Below, piece after piece: positions 51,701 through 64,000 of a stretch of DNA of 64,000 nt (its first letter is position 1; the number at the start of each line of letters is the position of its first letter). The notes beneath the pieces were generated by a model. It was given only the letters and a program-made list of their open reading frames with translations, searched no databases and had not been told where the DNA came from. Where the stretch lies: contig OZ336882.1 in NCBI GenBank assembly GCA_965287045.1, positions 26,536,001 through 26,600,000 on the forward strand, given 5' to 3'. This DNA comes from Carcharhinus amblyrhynchos (taxonomy: Eukaryota). The translations under genes and the position numbers were made by a program.

Positions 51701-52844
51701 AATCTAAAGAAAAAAATTAACACCAATATAGAAGTCAATGTGATGAAGTGACTCTATCACCCTAATGAAGGAATTCATGAGAATCAAATTGGAGCCTCTG
51801 AAAATCAACGATGGCCCTCAAGAAAATCACAAGAATGGCCTTCAAAAAAAAATGTTGGCCCATCTGATGCTCCATCTGCCAAATTTTTGTCCACTCACTT
51901 ATCCGATCCACATCTTTTTGCAGACCCTTTGGGCTGGATTTTACACTCACCCGCTGATCCAGCATGTTAGCTTCTCCACCACCTGCCCCTGGGCCTTTAT
52001 GAAGTTTTATGGTGGTTAGTGGAGGCACTGGATGATTTGCTGACCTTTGGGCCTATTGACTCCTTTATGCAATGAACCCTATGTAAAGGATTTGGAAAAG
52101 AGGTCAACAGGTCGCTGGGGTAGGGTTTCCACTGGCGCAGGGTCATCCAAAAAATTCAGTATGCACCTTTATCCACTTTGCTGATGTGAAGTGAAGTGTT
52201 AAGTATAGGGAAGGAAATGCTATCGGCTTCTATGTGTTTGGATAACTTTGTGTTGCTTCTGGCCTGCGCAATGCCTGTCCGGGAAATGTTCTGTGCTGTG
52301 TAAGAATGTAATGATAGAATCATGGTCCCACTGTACTGGCACCTGATAAACTTGCTTGCTTTTAAAACTCATTCCGAGCCCTAGGATCAGTGCTGCATTG
52401 AAGAGGGTATTTCACTCAGTGTGAATTTGTATTCAACGGAGGCAAAAGCTTATTTTGAAACTTCCATCTCTAATCTCTGGGTAGGTTTACTGGGATCAAC
52501 TGCAAAAGCTGAGGTAATTAAACCTGAAGCCATCTAGGTAAAACTCAATTACATCTATTGACATTTGAACAAGGTATTGAAACCATAAGCCCTTTACATT
52601 TAATTGTGCTGTACACAGAAAGCCAGATGAGTAGAAAGTATAGACTATTGTTTAGTACTTATCACCAGCCTCATGGGTATACTACATTTTATGCTTCTAC
52701 TTATTTCAACTCTATATCATTATCACACAATCAAGGCTGCATATTTGTGTTATTCTGCAATAGTCAGTAAGCCACGTTCCCCCCATAGCCTTTGATCCCC
52801 TTAGACCCTTGCTGCTTGCCTTGCTGAATGTCTGAATATCTTAC

Positions 52845-53415
52845 TGAATGTCTTGCTGCAGTCATACAGGCTCCTGGAATATTGTGAGCAGTTTTGATAT
52901 CCTTATCTGTGGAAGGATGTTCTTACTATGGAGGAAGTGCAAAAAAGATTTGCCGGACTGATTCCTGGAATGGCGGGACTGATGTATGAGGAGAGATTGA
53001 GTCAATTGGATTATATTCACTGGAGTTTAGAAGAAGGAAGAGTGGATCTCATAGAAACCAATAAAATTCTAACAGGACTAGATAGGGGAGATGTAGGAAG
53101 AGTGTTCCTGATGATGGGGAAGTTCAGAACCAGGGGATCACAGTCTGGAGATGCGGGGTTAACCATTTAGGACTGCGGTGAGGAGGAGCTTCTTCACCCA
53201 GAGAAAGGTAAGCCTGTGGAAATCTCTACCATGGAAAGCAGTTGAGACCAAAACATTGTTTTCAAGATAAATTAGATATAACTCTTGGGTCTAAGAGGAT
53301 CAAAGGATATGGGGGGAATGCAGAAACAGGACTTGGATGATCAGCCATGATCATAATTAATTTCAGAGCAGGCACCAGGGCCAAATGGATTACTCCTGCT
53401 CCTATTTTCTATGTT
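52845..53415 (+). mobile_element. CR1 3' fragment
   Basis: MEEVQKRFAGLIPGMAGLMYEERLSQL; tail ctcctgctcctattttctatgtttct. Confidence 0.88.
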
Positions 53416-54330
53416 TCTCAGGGTAGTGTTGTGGACCCAACCATTTTCAGCTGTTTCATCAATGACCTTCCCTGCACTCCTGTTTGCTGATATTTGCACA
53501 AAATTAAGCATCATTCATGACTTCTCAGGTACTAAAGTAGCCCTCGTGCATATGCAACAAGATCTGGACAATTGTCCGGCGTGGAATGGAGTGGCAAGTT
53601 ACATTCATAACACATAAGTGCCAGGCAATTACTATCTCCAACAAGAAATAATACACCATGTCCCTTTGACATTAAATATCACGGTTGAATCCCTGACCAT
53701 CAACAGCCTGGGGATTATCACTGACCAGAAACTGAACTGGACTACCCATATTAATACTGTGGCTGCAAGAACAGGTCAGAGTCTGGGAATTCTGCAGCGA
53801 GTAACTCACCTCCAAAGCCCGTGTACCATCTGCAAGGCACAAGTCAGGAGTGTGATGGAATACTCTCCAGTTGCCTGGATGAGTGCAGCTTCAGTTACAT
53901 TCAAGCAGCTTGACACCATCCATAACAAAGCAGCCTGTTTGAATGGCACCCCATCCACTACCTTCAACATTCATTGCCTTCACCACCAACACACAATGAC
54001 AACAGTGTACACAGCATCTACAAACTGCAGTGCAGGAACGCACGAAGGTTCCTTTGACAACCCTACCATTGAGAAGGTCAAAGTCATCAGAAAACTGCCA
54101 TTTACAAGTCACACACCACCTTGAGTCAGAACCATATCATCGTCCCTTCATTGTTAGTGGGTTGAAATTCTGCAACTTCCTCCCTAACAATACTATGGGT
54201 GTATCTACACCACATGGACTACAACAGTTCAGGAATGCAGCTTAGTGCCACCTTCTCAAGAGCAATTAGGCATGGGCAACAAAAGCTGTCCGAGCCAATG
54301 ATGGCCACATCCCTTGAAAGGATAAAACAA
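53415..54330 (+). mobile_element. CR1-group (L2/Crack-like) LINE 3' ~0.9 kb
   Basis: QGSVVDPTIFSCFINDLP, LFADIC, LGIITDQKLNWTTHINTVAARTGQSLGIL, KAQVRSVMEYSPVAW. Confidence 0.85.
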
Positions 54331-54619
54331 TATATTTACCGATACAGCCATTTGTCTGTCTTTGGAATTGATTGAGCAGGTCTTGGGTCAGATTTTTGGT
54401 TCAGTTGTTTTGATTTTTTTTGTGACCCATCTGAGTGATTACAATGTTGGACCTTATAAAATAAAACACTATTCTCAGGGTGTATCACCATAGCACATTT
54501 GACAGAAGCAGCTTGTAATTACCATGCAAGTATAAATGTTCATGAGTCAATTGGAACTGAATTAATTCTTCTCAGTGGGTGTGGCTGTATATAGAAGTGC
54601 ACAGGATTGAAAAAGATCC

Positions 54620-55095
54620 TACGATCCATCTGGCTAGGCACATTACAGCCTTCCAGTCTCAACTTCGAATTCAACAACTTCAGATGATTCGTTCTACCCC
54701 ACCTTGACCCCTTTGTTTTCATTTCATTTCATTTTTAACAGTTCTCTATTTTTTATTTCTTATTGTCTTTCTTTATTTTTCTTTCCCCCCCTACTCTTCC
54801 ACACTATTTCATCCCTCCTTTTCTCGCTCTTTGCTACCCTTTGTCTCAATTTTACCTCTCTCCCACCCATCTCCCCCCTTCCCCCACACCTTCATCTGTC
54901 ACAGTTTACCCTCTGATTTCAGTTTTCTCTTGATGGATTGCTGTTTGTAACCTTTCCCCTTGTAGTATAAATATCTTTCACTTTCTATGCCTTTTAGTTT
55001 CACAAAGGGTCATGTTGACACAAAGCATCAGCCCTTTTCTCTCCTTACAGATGCTGCCAGACCTGCTGAGATTTTCCAATATTTTCTCTTTTGGC
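54620..55095 (+). mobile_element. Penelope family 2 3' end/pseudo-LTR
   Basis: LGTLQPSSLNFEFNNFR* terminus and cagatgctgccagacctgctgagattttcc; homologous to 7990-8540 (minus). Confidence 0.82.
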
Positions 55096-55282
55096 TACAA
55101 TCCATCAGGCCATTTTCTAAATTTGGGTGAGTTTGAAAGGGCTGTTTTAAGCTCTTAGATCAATCAGTTTCTCCCAAGTTAAGAGCCCTTGTGGACACAA
55201 TCCACTTCTTCAAAATGTCTATTGCAGATAATCACCAATGTTTATGCTAAGCCATTATAACCAAAATAATTAACTGGGGATA

Positions 55283-55705
55283 AAAAGACAGGCTTGCATT
55301 CATATAGTGACATTCCCACCCACTGGGGTGTCTCAAAGTACTTTACAGCCAATGAAATACTTTTGAAATAGAAACATAGAAAAGAGGCCATTCAGCCCAT
55401 CAAGCCTGTTCCTCCATTCATTTTAAACATGGCTGATCATTGAATCCAATATCCTGATCCCCCTTTTCCCCCATATGCCTCAATCCCAATAGGCCCAAGA
55501 GCTATACCTTTTTTTTGGAGTCATGGGGGTTTACAGCATGGAAACAGGCTCTTTGGCCCAACTTGTCTATGCCGCCCAGTTTTTACCACTAAGCTAATCC
55601 CAATTGTCCGCATTTGGCTCACGTTCCTCTATACCCATCTCACTCATGTGACTGTCCAAATGCTTCTTAAAAGACAAAATTATACCCACTTCTACTACTA
55701 CCTGT
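55283..55705 (-). mobile_element. Cluster of DeuSINE tail and two CR1 3' ends
   Basis: ttgcattcatatagtg (SINE tail), agaaacatagaaaagaggcc, gagtcatgggggtttacagcatggaaacagg. Confidence 0.75.
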
Positions 55706-55923
55706 GTGGTTATCGTTAGAAGTGACCAAGTGAACATATTACTGTTGTAATTGTGACTTTGAATACAAAACACAGAGATCACCAGGACCATAGAGATTAG
55801 CAGCAATGATGGGAGGGCAGACCATCCAATGTAGTCATCCTTGTAACATAGGAATGCTACAAATCAACTCAGCTTGCTGCTCCTAATTGTTATCCACAGA
55901 TTTCTCTGGGAAATGTGTGTGTA

Positions 55924-56650
55924 TGTCAACAGTTGAAGGTATTAAGGTCCTGGACTAGAATCCCAAAGTACATTAAGAAGTCAGATGAGACCCTGACAAT
56001 TTTTTTTATTTTTGGCAAATTGTGAGGATAGGATGTTTCACCCTAGGAGTAACTCTGCTCACAAATTCAGGATCTCTTATAGTAAAATGCACTTTATTTA
56101 AAAATAACTCTAACAAAATGAAACAGCTTAACTCTTAATAGTGAAACAATAGTCAAAAACTGAAAGGAAACAAGCTTAATTTCTAACATCACTGTTTCAC
56201 TTCCAAATATACAACATTCTCTTACAGGCTCAAAATTTCACTTTAAATACAGTTTACAACCATAAATATACTTGATATAAAGGGTGTTGACAGTCTTGAA
56301 GTCATGAAGGACAGATCTTGAGTTTCAGAGCAGCCTGCAGACCTCTGCTTTAATAAGCCCTAAAAAGAACTGAAAGCTGTTTTATCTCTTCTACAAAGTT
56401 AGCTCTTCCCAATAACCACATTATCACATGACTCTGTTAATCAACCTAATCAAAAACTCCAGGGACAATCTCCATCTATAAAGAGAAATCCATTAGCTCT
56501 CTCTTAAGTAAATACTACATCGCTAAATTGAGTAATTAATCTCCTCTCCCAGCATTTGAGCTGCATTCCCTCCAGACATGCCGACTGCCTGTAGAAAAAA
56601 GCTGAATTTTAAAACATTCCCTTACACACACAAAAAAAAGTATATCATCA
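55924..56650 (-). mobile_element. Possible solo LTR
   Basis: TG...CA ends, antisense AATAAA (tttatt at ~56093), LTR-like composition; no TSD. Confidence 0.35.
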
Positions 56651-57036
56651 TGGGGTGAAACCAGTGTCAGGTTTGATTATGATGTCCTCACCTCACTGCT
56701 CACCCGAATAATCTATCAGTATTAAATGTTAATGCTTACGTAAGAACAATGGACAAATGGTTAACTTGAGAATGAATATCTAAGAACTAAGACCCAAAGA
56801 GTTAACTCTTTCAGGAAAGGAGAGAACAAAGCACCATAAGGGATATGTGGTTCTGCCAAAGGATGAGGTTCTACAACACTGACATATGGATTAAAAAATG
56901 CTTATGGTTAATCACACACTGACAGAGCGGTGCTGAGGGAGGATGACCACTTCTCCACAATAAACCATTATTTGAGATTGAGTCAGCCCAGTATTGTGGC
57001 CACGTACCCCAATGCCTGCATCACCTGAAGACTGGT

Positions 57037-57163
57037 GGACTGGAATTCTACCGTCCTGCCCACCATGGGAATTGGAGCGGATGATGGGCAGAACATGGAA
57101 AGATCTGTTGACTTAGTCAGGATTTTATGGCTTTGGGAAGGGGGAGCCTGTAAAATCTGGTCT
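57037..57163. mobile_element. Harbinger-type MITE
   Basis: ggactggaattctac / gtaaaatctggtct imperfect TIR. Confidence 0.6.
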
Positions 57164-57640
57164 GTAGTATTTGGGGAGCTAATCCTTCCATTTGTGTTCT
57201 CCCCAGCAGGTGGCATGAACTGATCAAGGAAAGAGAGAAAAGGTATGTAGCTGTGTTATAATAGGAAAATGTAAACAGCATAAAACAGAGGAACATACTT
57301 TATACTAACATCAGCAAATGGAGAATATATATCTATATACACTCAAAGAAGTTACAGCCTCAAAAATAACACTGGGCAAGTTCTTTTAAACATTTTTGAT
57401 TCTTGGGAAAGAAAATCAATGGGAATTGAATCAGAACTGAGTAGCTGAAAGTTTGCTTTTGATTTCATTTTATTGAAATTGTAATTGATTTGTGTTTGTC
57501 CCTTGGCTCTTATGTTACTCTGGCTAGATTTCCAGCATAGGCTCTCATGATGACTGAATGGTTATCTACCAAGTTATGCGAATAGAGATGAACAAAGGAA
57601 TTTCTTGCAGCATAAAGCAAAAAACAAAGATGCCATGTCA

Positions 57641-58002
57641 TGGGGAGGTGATGGCCTGGTGGTATTATCACTGGACTATTAATTCAGCAACTCAGCTAAT
57701 ATTATGTTGACCTGGGTTCGAATGCCATCATGGCAGATGGTGGAATTTGAATTCAATAAAAAAAATCTGGAATTAAGAATCTACTGATGACATGAAACAA
57801 TTGTCGATTTTTGGAAAAACCCATCTGGTTCACTAATGTCCTTTCGGGAAAGAAATCTGCTGTCCTTACCCGGTCTGGCCTACACGTGACTACAGATCCA
57901 TAGTAATGTGCTTGACTGTCAATTGCCCTCGGGTGATTAGGGACGGACAATAAATGGTGGCCAGCCAGCGATGCCCATGTCCCACGAATGAATAAAAAAA
58001 AA
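57641..58002 (+). mobile_element. SINE family B, best-preserved copy
   Basis: A-box tggcctggtgg, B-box ggttcgaatgcc, core, tail gggacggacaataaatggtggccagccagcgatgcccatgtcccacgaatgaataaaaaa. Confidence 0.92.
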
Positions 58003-58138
58003 TCAGTATGGGTCTGTGAGTGGCTACAGATTGTTTGGGCGTTCAGTTCAAACATGTCCTGGTGATCTCTGTGTTTTGTATTCAAGGTCACAATTACAAC
58101 AGTAATCTGTTTACTTGGTCACTTCTAACGATCATTAT

Positions 58139-58332
58139 ATGATGTGGAGTTGTTGGTGTTAGACTGGGATAGGCACAGTAAGTAGTCTCACAACACCAGG
58201 TTAAAGTCCAGGTTTATTTGGTAGCACAAGCTTTCGGAGTGCTGCTCCTTCATCAGGAGCAGTGCTGAAGTGACTCACCTGATGAAGGAGTGGCACTGTT
58301 GGACTTTAACCTGGTGTTGTGAAACTACTTGC
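58139..58332. mobile_element. Penelope-derived inverted mini-element with hammerhead motif (58225-58259, minus)
   Basis: Minus strand CUC-CUGAUGA-AGGAGCAGCACUCC-GAAA-GCUU-GUG; right arm internally deleted. Confidence 0.87.
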
Positions 58333-59959
58333 TGAATGATCATTATAGGCTGGCAGTTTATGCTATTAAGATGAGGTGTGAGAGGTAGAGTGGTATGAGT
58401 TGGGGTTTTGTGGCTGAGACTGGGGTAGGTGAAACCCAATGGTTTTATGTAAGTGCAACTGGCTGCCACTGGAGCCAATGGCTACTCCCTTTGCACATGA
58501 CCAGTTACACCAGCGATTGCAATTTGAACTGAGGTATAAATTGAAAATGACAGGCAATTTGTTCAGATTGTAGCACATAACAAAAAAAATCACAATTCCG
58601 ACTTTACTTATTCTTTGCTGTGTTATTTTTTTCATCTTGAGATTGATGTTCTGTATTTTAAATTCGGTTTCTGGTGCCAGGTATCATTAGTTTTGCCATT
58701 AAATAGTGTCTGTAGCTTGTCATGATCAATCTTATAGTAACTCAAAGATGTATTTGTATTCCAACTTCTGCCATTATTTATGCTCTCCTCCCCATATGGC
58801 TGTCCACTCTAATATTCTTTCTCCCGCAGCCGGCAGGATTAACTTCTCCACAGCTGACATGAGGAAAGACGTAGGCGCTGAATGATCTTCAGGACAGGCT
58901 AGTGGAAGAAGGTCTTTGCTAGCTGCAGGGTTCGGCTGAAGTTGGGAGTTGTGTCACCTTGATTCTGACTGGGGCCTTCACACAAACTAGCTGTAAATCA
59001 GCACACACAGATACAGGTCAGTACTACAGAGTATGGAGAGTGCAGAATGATTGCTGATGGAAATAAAGAACATTTAGTGAATATTATAAGGGCCAACCAT
59101 TTAAGGTATTGATTTCAACTCCCTTTGTTTAGTGGAAGTCAAGCAGAGGGGGGCAGTTTAAATGGAGGGGGGGACTTGCCCACTCTTTCACTGCTGACCA
59201 CCCCACCACAATCTAGATACCTCTAATCTAAAGCTGAAAATGACAACAGCGCTCACCCAAGTTGGCTGGATCCCCACTAAGTCAAGCTCCAGTGATATTT
59301 TTGGAGCTTGAGCTACAATTTTACACTGGGGCCTGAGCAGGAGAGTAGTAAGGTAGCTTCCCCTGTAGGCCAGATATGGGGGTTAGGGCTGTAAGAGGCC
59401 CAGAAAGGGACTTCTAAATGATTTTCTTCTGTTTTCTTGTGCAGTAGGAGGAACAGAGGTGCCATCCTTTTTCTGGGCTTTCTATGCCTTCCTGATGGGA
59501 ATTCTCCTTCAATAGTGCTCCAATAGATCAACCTGAATCAGATCAACTGCCCAGTTTACACTCTGTCATCTTTTAATTCCCATTAACTTTATCTGATCCA
59601 ATCCTGTCAGTGCCACTAGGCAGTGTTAAGGTAATATTAATATAGTGCCCACTACCAAAATGAAATAGTAATATCATTGCAGAAAAAAAATACTATTGAA
59701 ATATGGTTTAGAAGTAAAAAAGAGACACGGCAATATGTGCAAATACCAATGTTGGTATATGATGGAGAGGTAATAGAGCAGCTTATCCTTTACCTTTAAC
59801 AAGTTTATTCTCAATACAGGACAGTAGCACTTACATGAAGCCACCCACCACCTGTCCATCGACAACTGTTCCAGCTGTGTCCATTTATACTGTTTTGGAT
59901 GTTCAGTCCTTAACAAAGCGTTAGCTTAACAATGTAATTGTCAAAGCATGCACTTGTTG

Positions 59960-60277
59960 ATGTGGCACAGTGGCTAACACTGCTGCCTCACAGTACCAGA
60001 GACCCAGGTTCAATTCCAATATCAGGTGACTGTTTATGTGAAGTTTGCACGTTCTCCAGTGTCTGCATGGGTTTCCTCTGGGTTTCCTCCCACAGTCCAA
60101 AGATACGCAGCTTAGGCGGATTGGCCATGTTAAATTGCCCCTTAGTGTCAGGGAGATTAGCAGGTTAAATATGTTATGGGTTTCCATGGGGATAGGGCCT
60201 TGATGGGATTGTTGTCGGTGCAGGCTCGATGGATCAAATGGTCCCTTCTGCACTGTAGGGATTTTATAATTCTATGA
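59960..60277 (+). mobile_element. HE1-type V-SINE
   Basis: Head, core and tail present. Confidence 0.9.
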
Positions 60278-60289
60278 TGCATTGACAAT

Positions 60290-60485
60290 ATGCACTGGCT
60301 GAGGATATGGTGGAGGCAGATTCAATGTGGCTTTGAGAAGGTAATTGCATATTTATCTGAGGAGAAAAAGAAATGCAGGATTACAGAGAAAAGGTGGGGG
60401 ACTGTGACTAGCTAAGTTGCTTGTTCAGAGAGCCAGCATTGGCAAAGGACTGAATGGCATCCTCCTGTGCTGTAACTATTCTATA
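60290..60485 (+). mobile_element. Old CR1 3' tail
   Basis: tggtggaggcagattcaat...ctgaatggcatcctcctgtgctgtaactattctat. Confidence 0.75.
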
Positions 60486-60717
60486 ATGCAAGATGTTGAA
60501 AACAAGCAGCAGCTAAAATTACAAAATGTTGAAGAACCAGAAAAGAAGATCTACATTATTTGCAGTTTTTTCAGCCAATTACATGGAAACGATTTGTAAT
60601 GACTACTGTACTGGCATGTATCAACAGTGAGTGAATGAGAAAACGAAGGCCCCAGATAGATCACTGGGATATTGCATCTAATTTCTTTTGTGGTTCTCAA
60701 TAACCAGGCATTCAGTT

Positions 60718-61022
60718 TTTAAAGTTATTTATTAGTCACAAGTAGGTTTACATTAACACTGCAATGAAGTTACCGTGAAAATCCTCTAGTCGCCACACTC
60801 CTGCATCTGTTTGGGTACGCGGAGGGAGAATTTAGCATGGCCAATACACCTAACCGGCATGTCTTTCAGACTGTGGGAGGAAACCGGGGCACCCAGGGGA
60901 AACCCATGCAGACACAGGGAGAATGTGAAAACTCCAAACAGACAGTGACCCAAGTTGAGGTTTGAACCTGGGTCTTTGGCACTGTGAGGCAGCAGTGCGA
61001 ACCACTGTGCCACTGAGCCACC
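60718..61022 (-). mobile_element. HE1-type V-SINE, type-B tail
   Basis: Reverse complement of 11447-11760. Confidence 0.9.
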
Positions 61023-61101
61023 CCAATTCAATGTATGAACCATTTTCTTAACACTTAGATGGATTAGGTGCAAACTAAAGCGATGGACAGTTTAATGCAA
61101 T

Positions 61102-61227
61102 GGGTGGGATCTTCTGGCCGTGTTCACCTAAGAGTTGGAAAATTGCGCCCAAAGTCAATGACCTTTGAATGGTCCACCACTCACCCGCTATAATTGCCAT
61201 GGCGGATGGGATGGGAAAATCCCTCTC
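61102..61227. mobile_element. Harbinger-type MITE
   Basis: gggtgggatcttct / ggaaaatccctctc ends. Confidence 0.6.
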
Positions 61228-61292
61228 ATTGTTTTTGTCATCTGTCAACATTTGGAAAACACAATCGCTTCTGTATGGAATGTCAGTGTAAA

Positions 61293-61615
61293 ATCATAGA
61301 ATCCTACAGTGCAGAAGGAGTCCATTCGGCCCATTAAGTCTACATCAACCACAATCCCAACCAAGCCCTATCCCCATAACCCCATGCATTTACCCCAGCT
61401 AGTCCTCCTGACACTAAGGGGAAATTTAGTATGGCCAATCCACCTAACCCATACATCTTTGGACTGTGGGAGGAAACTGGAGCACTTGGAGGAAACCCAG
61501 GCAGACATGGGGAGAATTTGCAGACTCTGCACAGACAGTGACCCAAGCTGGGAATTGAACCTGGGTCCGTGGTGCTGTGAGGTAGCAGTGCTAACCACTG
61601 TGGCACCATGCCACC
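61293..61615 (-). mobile_element. HE1-type V-SINE
   Basis: Reverse complement of full HE1. Confidence 0.92.
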
Positions 61616-62155
61616 CGTATACCCCTTGTTCTTTGAAGAACCAATTGTTTGATTAACTTGGGATCAAATGTTTACAATGGTTTGTCCAAAGATTCCATTT
61701 GTCTTTACCAAATTGCAATGAGGTGGTTGAACAACAATTTCCATGTACTATAATCTGAAAATTACATTTACAGTTCCCCCTTAATGTTGCACTAGAGGAG
61801 CCAAGACCTGTAGTTTTGGCATATTTTTATCTCAGAGTTCCTAAGAAGCTGCTGCTATAATAACATAACAGAATAAAATGGAGAATTGAAATTATAACAA
61901 AAGTGTTATTGTCTGACAAAAGGAACAGGGGAACTCAACCCAGTGAAATCAGCAGAAATCTCATGTATGATTACTCACTCATTCACATCAACAAAAGGTC
62001 ACTGATGAGTATTAAAGCATAGCTGAGCAGCCACCAATGAATTTATAAATTACTGTAATAGATCAGTAACTTTCACTGAATCGGTAATACACTACTGCAG
62101 CAAGATCACCAACGAATTAATAGCTTAAGTTGTTAAATGCATTATTAAGACTTAC

Positions 62156-62163
62156 CTCACTCT
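62156..62163 (-). other. Candidate 8-nt microexon
   Basis: Minus strand tgctaac...ttttactaacagtttatttttag|AGAGTGAG|gtaagt. Confidence 0.3.
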
Positions 62164-62347
62164 CTAAAAATAAACTGTTAGTAAAACAAATGGGAATCAG
62201 TTAGCAGCTGCAGGTTAGGGACTGTGGGAGCAGAGGTGGAATGGGATTATATAGTAGTACATTACTTCCCCAAGGTAAGAGAGCAACCTGGTGCTCCGCA
62301 GTGTAAGGATTATGGGATGAGAAGATTTAACGGAGCAGGTTTTATTC

Positions 62348-62479
62348 AGGCGTGAAAGGGCATCAAGTGCAAGATGGTACCAGGTGTGAAAGGAGATAAT
62401 GTATGAAAGGGCACCAGATGTGAGAGGGCACCAAGTGCGATAGGGCACTGGGTGTGAGAGAGCAATGGGTGTGAAAGGG
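62348..62479. repeat. Degenerate ~17-bp minisatellite (gggcaccaggtgtgaga-like)
   Basis: About 7-8 imperfect units visible. Confidence 0.7.
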
Positions 62480-64000
62480 ATGTGTGTAAACCTTCTTACA
62501 ATTGTGAAATAATTTTGTTTTGCAAACTTTACTGAAATAAAATAATCAGGCTTGCAATCGTAACATTAAATCCAAATAGCTTCCTGCATACCTCTTGATA
62601 GAATGTATTTGCAAAGATTATAGGATGGTAGAATGCTGTACTCTGATGGTAACAATTGTGAGTCCTGTCTAGATTAGAGGTTTTGTGCATTATATGCACT
62701 GTTAACTAGTAGTTTTCCATATTGTAGGATGTTTGCCTCACTCTAATGTTATCAATAGTTGAAATTAGCCATAAGGAAAGCAGAGAAAAGCAGAGTGTGA
62801 ATGAATGCTGTTCCAGCTGATGAATTTCACATTGTACCATGAGAGTCTTTGAAATGAAGCAGTTGTGTGATTGTTGACATCAATGGATTGTCTCTGCAGT
62901 AAGCTCTTCAACATCTATTCCAGTCTAAATCTCTGGAGCCAGGTTTGCAATGGAGAATGATGCCGCAACTGCGCACATAGCTATTGTGATGTTTGCATAA
63001 TTGTTTCCTAAATAATTATTTATTCAATTATAGAACACTCAATTGTACTGTCCCTTAAAGAGGTCAATATTCAGGTGAATAGAACTTTAAAATATTACTA
63101 TTAAAAATAAAGTGTTGCATTTCTTGCATTTCATCATCGCAGAACATCCCAACGTACTTCACAATCAATAAAGTACTTTTGGAGTGCAGTCACTGTTGAC
63201 ATGGTCATATTTTACAGTGAAGATCAGATTGTGATTCCAAGTGACTTATTCATCCAGAATATCTGATGAAGCAGTGATCAGCAAACTGGGTGAGGTTGTT
63301 GATGCTTCCTGTTGTAGTTGGAATGATTCTACAGCAAAGAAGTTAAGACTCGCTGTCACAGGCAGTGCTGCACACCCCCCACCCCCCACCCCCATTTCCC
63401 AGCCCGCCCCTTGGGATAAAGCCTTGAATTGATGCTGCAGCTTCCTTGGTGGAGTAAGACCAGGGGTTGCACCTCCTCGAGGTTGAGGTAGGAGAGTTGA
63501 TTTGTATTTAGATGCCTGGTGTCGAGCAGCCTGCAAATTTGCCTCCTTCACCCACTTCTAGCAGCGTCTCCAGGTTCATTCCCTTTTTCTTACTGGTACT
63601 ATTGCCTCTCACCCTCCCACACTAATTCTACACTCAGCAGAACACGCATGATAAAGATAACTAATTCTGATGCAAAACACAGAAACATTCCTGCACCTCC
63701 ACACAGTCCCTTTGCAAGTATTTCAAATACAGCAGCCAAAACAATCAGGGGAAAGGGGTCACAGGTACCTCAGATGACTAACCTGAGGGCATCTGAATAG
63801 AATTGAAGATCCCTTTAGGTATTGTTTCTGCAGACTGCTTCATGACTGTTCATGCCTTCACAGACCACGATAGACTGAGTAATTATTCAATCAGGTGCTG
63901 CATAGACCAATTTCACAAGTGTTCTAAAACAGTTGAAGGAGCTTAGTTTTATTTTCACTGCTCAATTTAAGTAGGCACCCAAAATGAATGAACATCCCCA

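Noticed and set aside
57641-57740. tRNA-like A/B boxes (also in all HE1 and DeuSINE heads)
   Set aside because: SINE Pol III heads continuing into SINE bodies; no complete cloverleaf
62348-62479. CRISPR-like or regularly spaced repeat array
   Set aside because: Contiguous degenerate minisatellite with no spacers; eukaryotic context with no cas genes
63241-63800. ORFs of 63-101 aa and a possible 10-nt minus-strand microexon near 63783-63793
   Set aside because: No recognisable domain; weak splice context

Overview
Eukaryotic, repeat-dense, non-coding DNA, almost certainly from a cartilaginous fish (shark). This is inferred from the repeat repertoire: HE1-type V-SINEs, a DeuSINE, CR1, L2/Crack-like, RTE and Rex1/Babar LINE fragments, two Penelope-like families, PIF/Harbinger-like elements and solo LTRs. 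I recognise no intact host gene, tRNA/rRNA gene or CRISPR array, and nearly all listed ORFs are retroelement debris or low-complexity artefacts. The window looks like a large intron or gene desert with AT-rich unique islands. Main points of interest: (1) Penelope pseudo-LTRs carrying minimal hammerhead-ribozyme motifs, including ~200-bp inverted mini-elements; (2) three locally templated duplications, including a ~510-bp near-perfect inverted repeat around an enhancer-like island; (3) SINE/LINE tail sharing and SINE tail swapping; (4) a four-level nested TE pile; (5) candidate microexons. Coordinates were read by eye and repeat boundaries are approximate (about +/-20 bp). Family names come from recalled motifs, not database searches.
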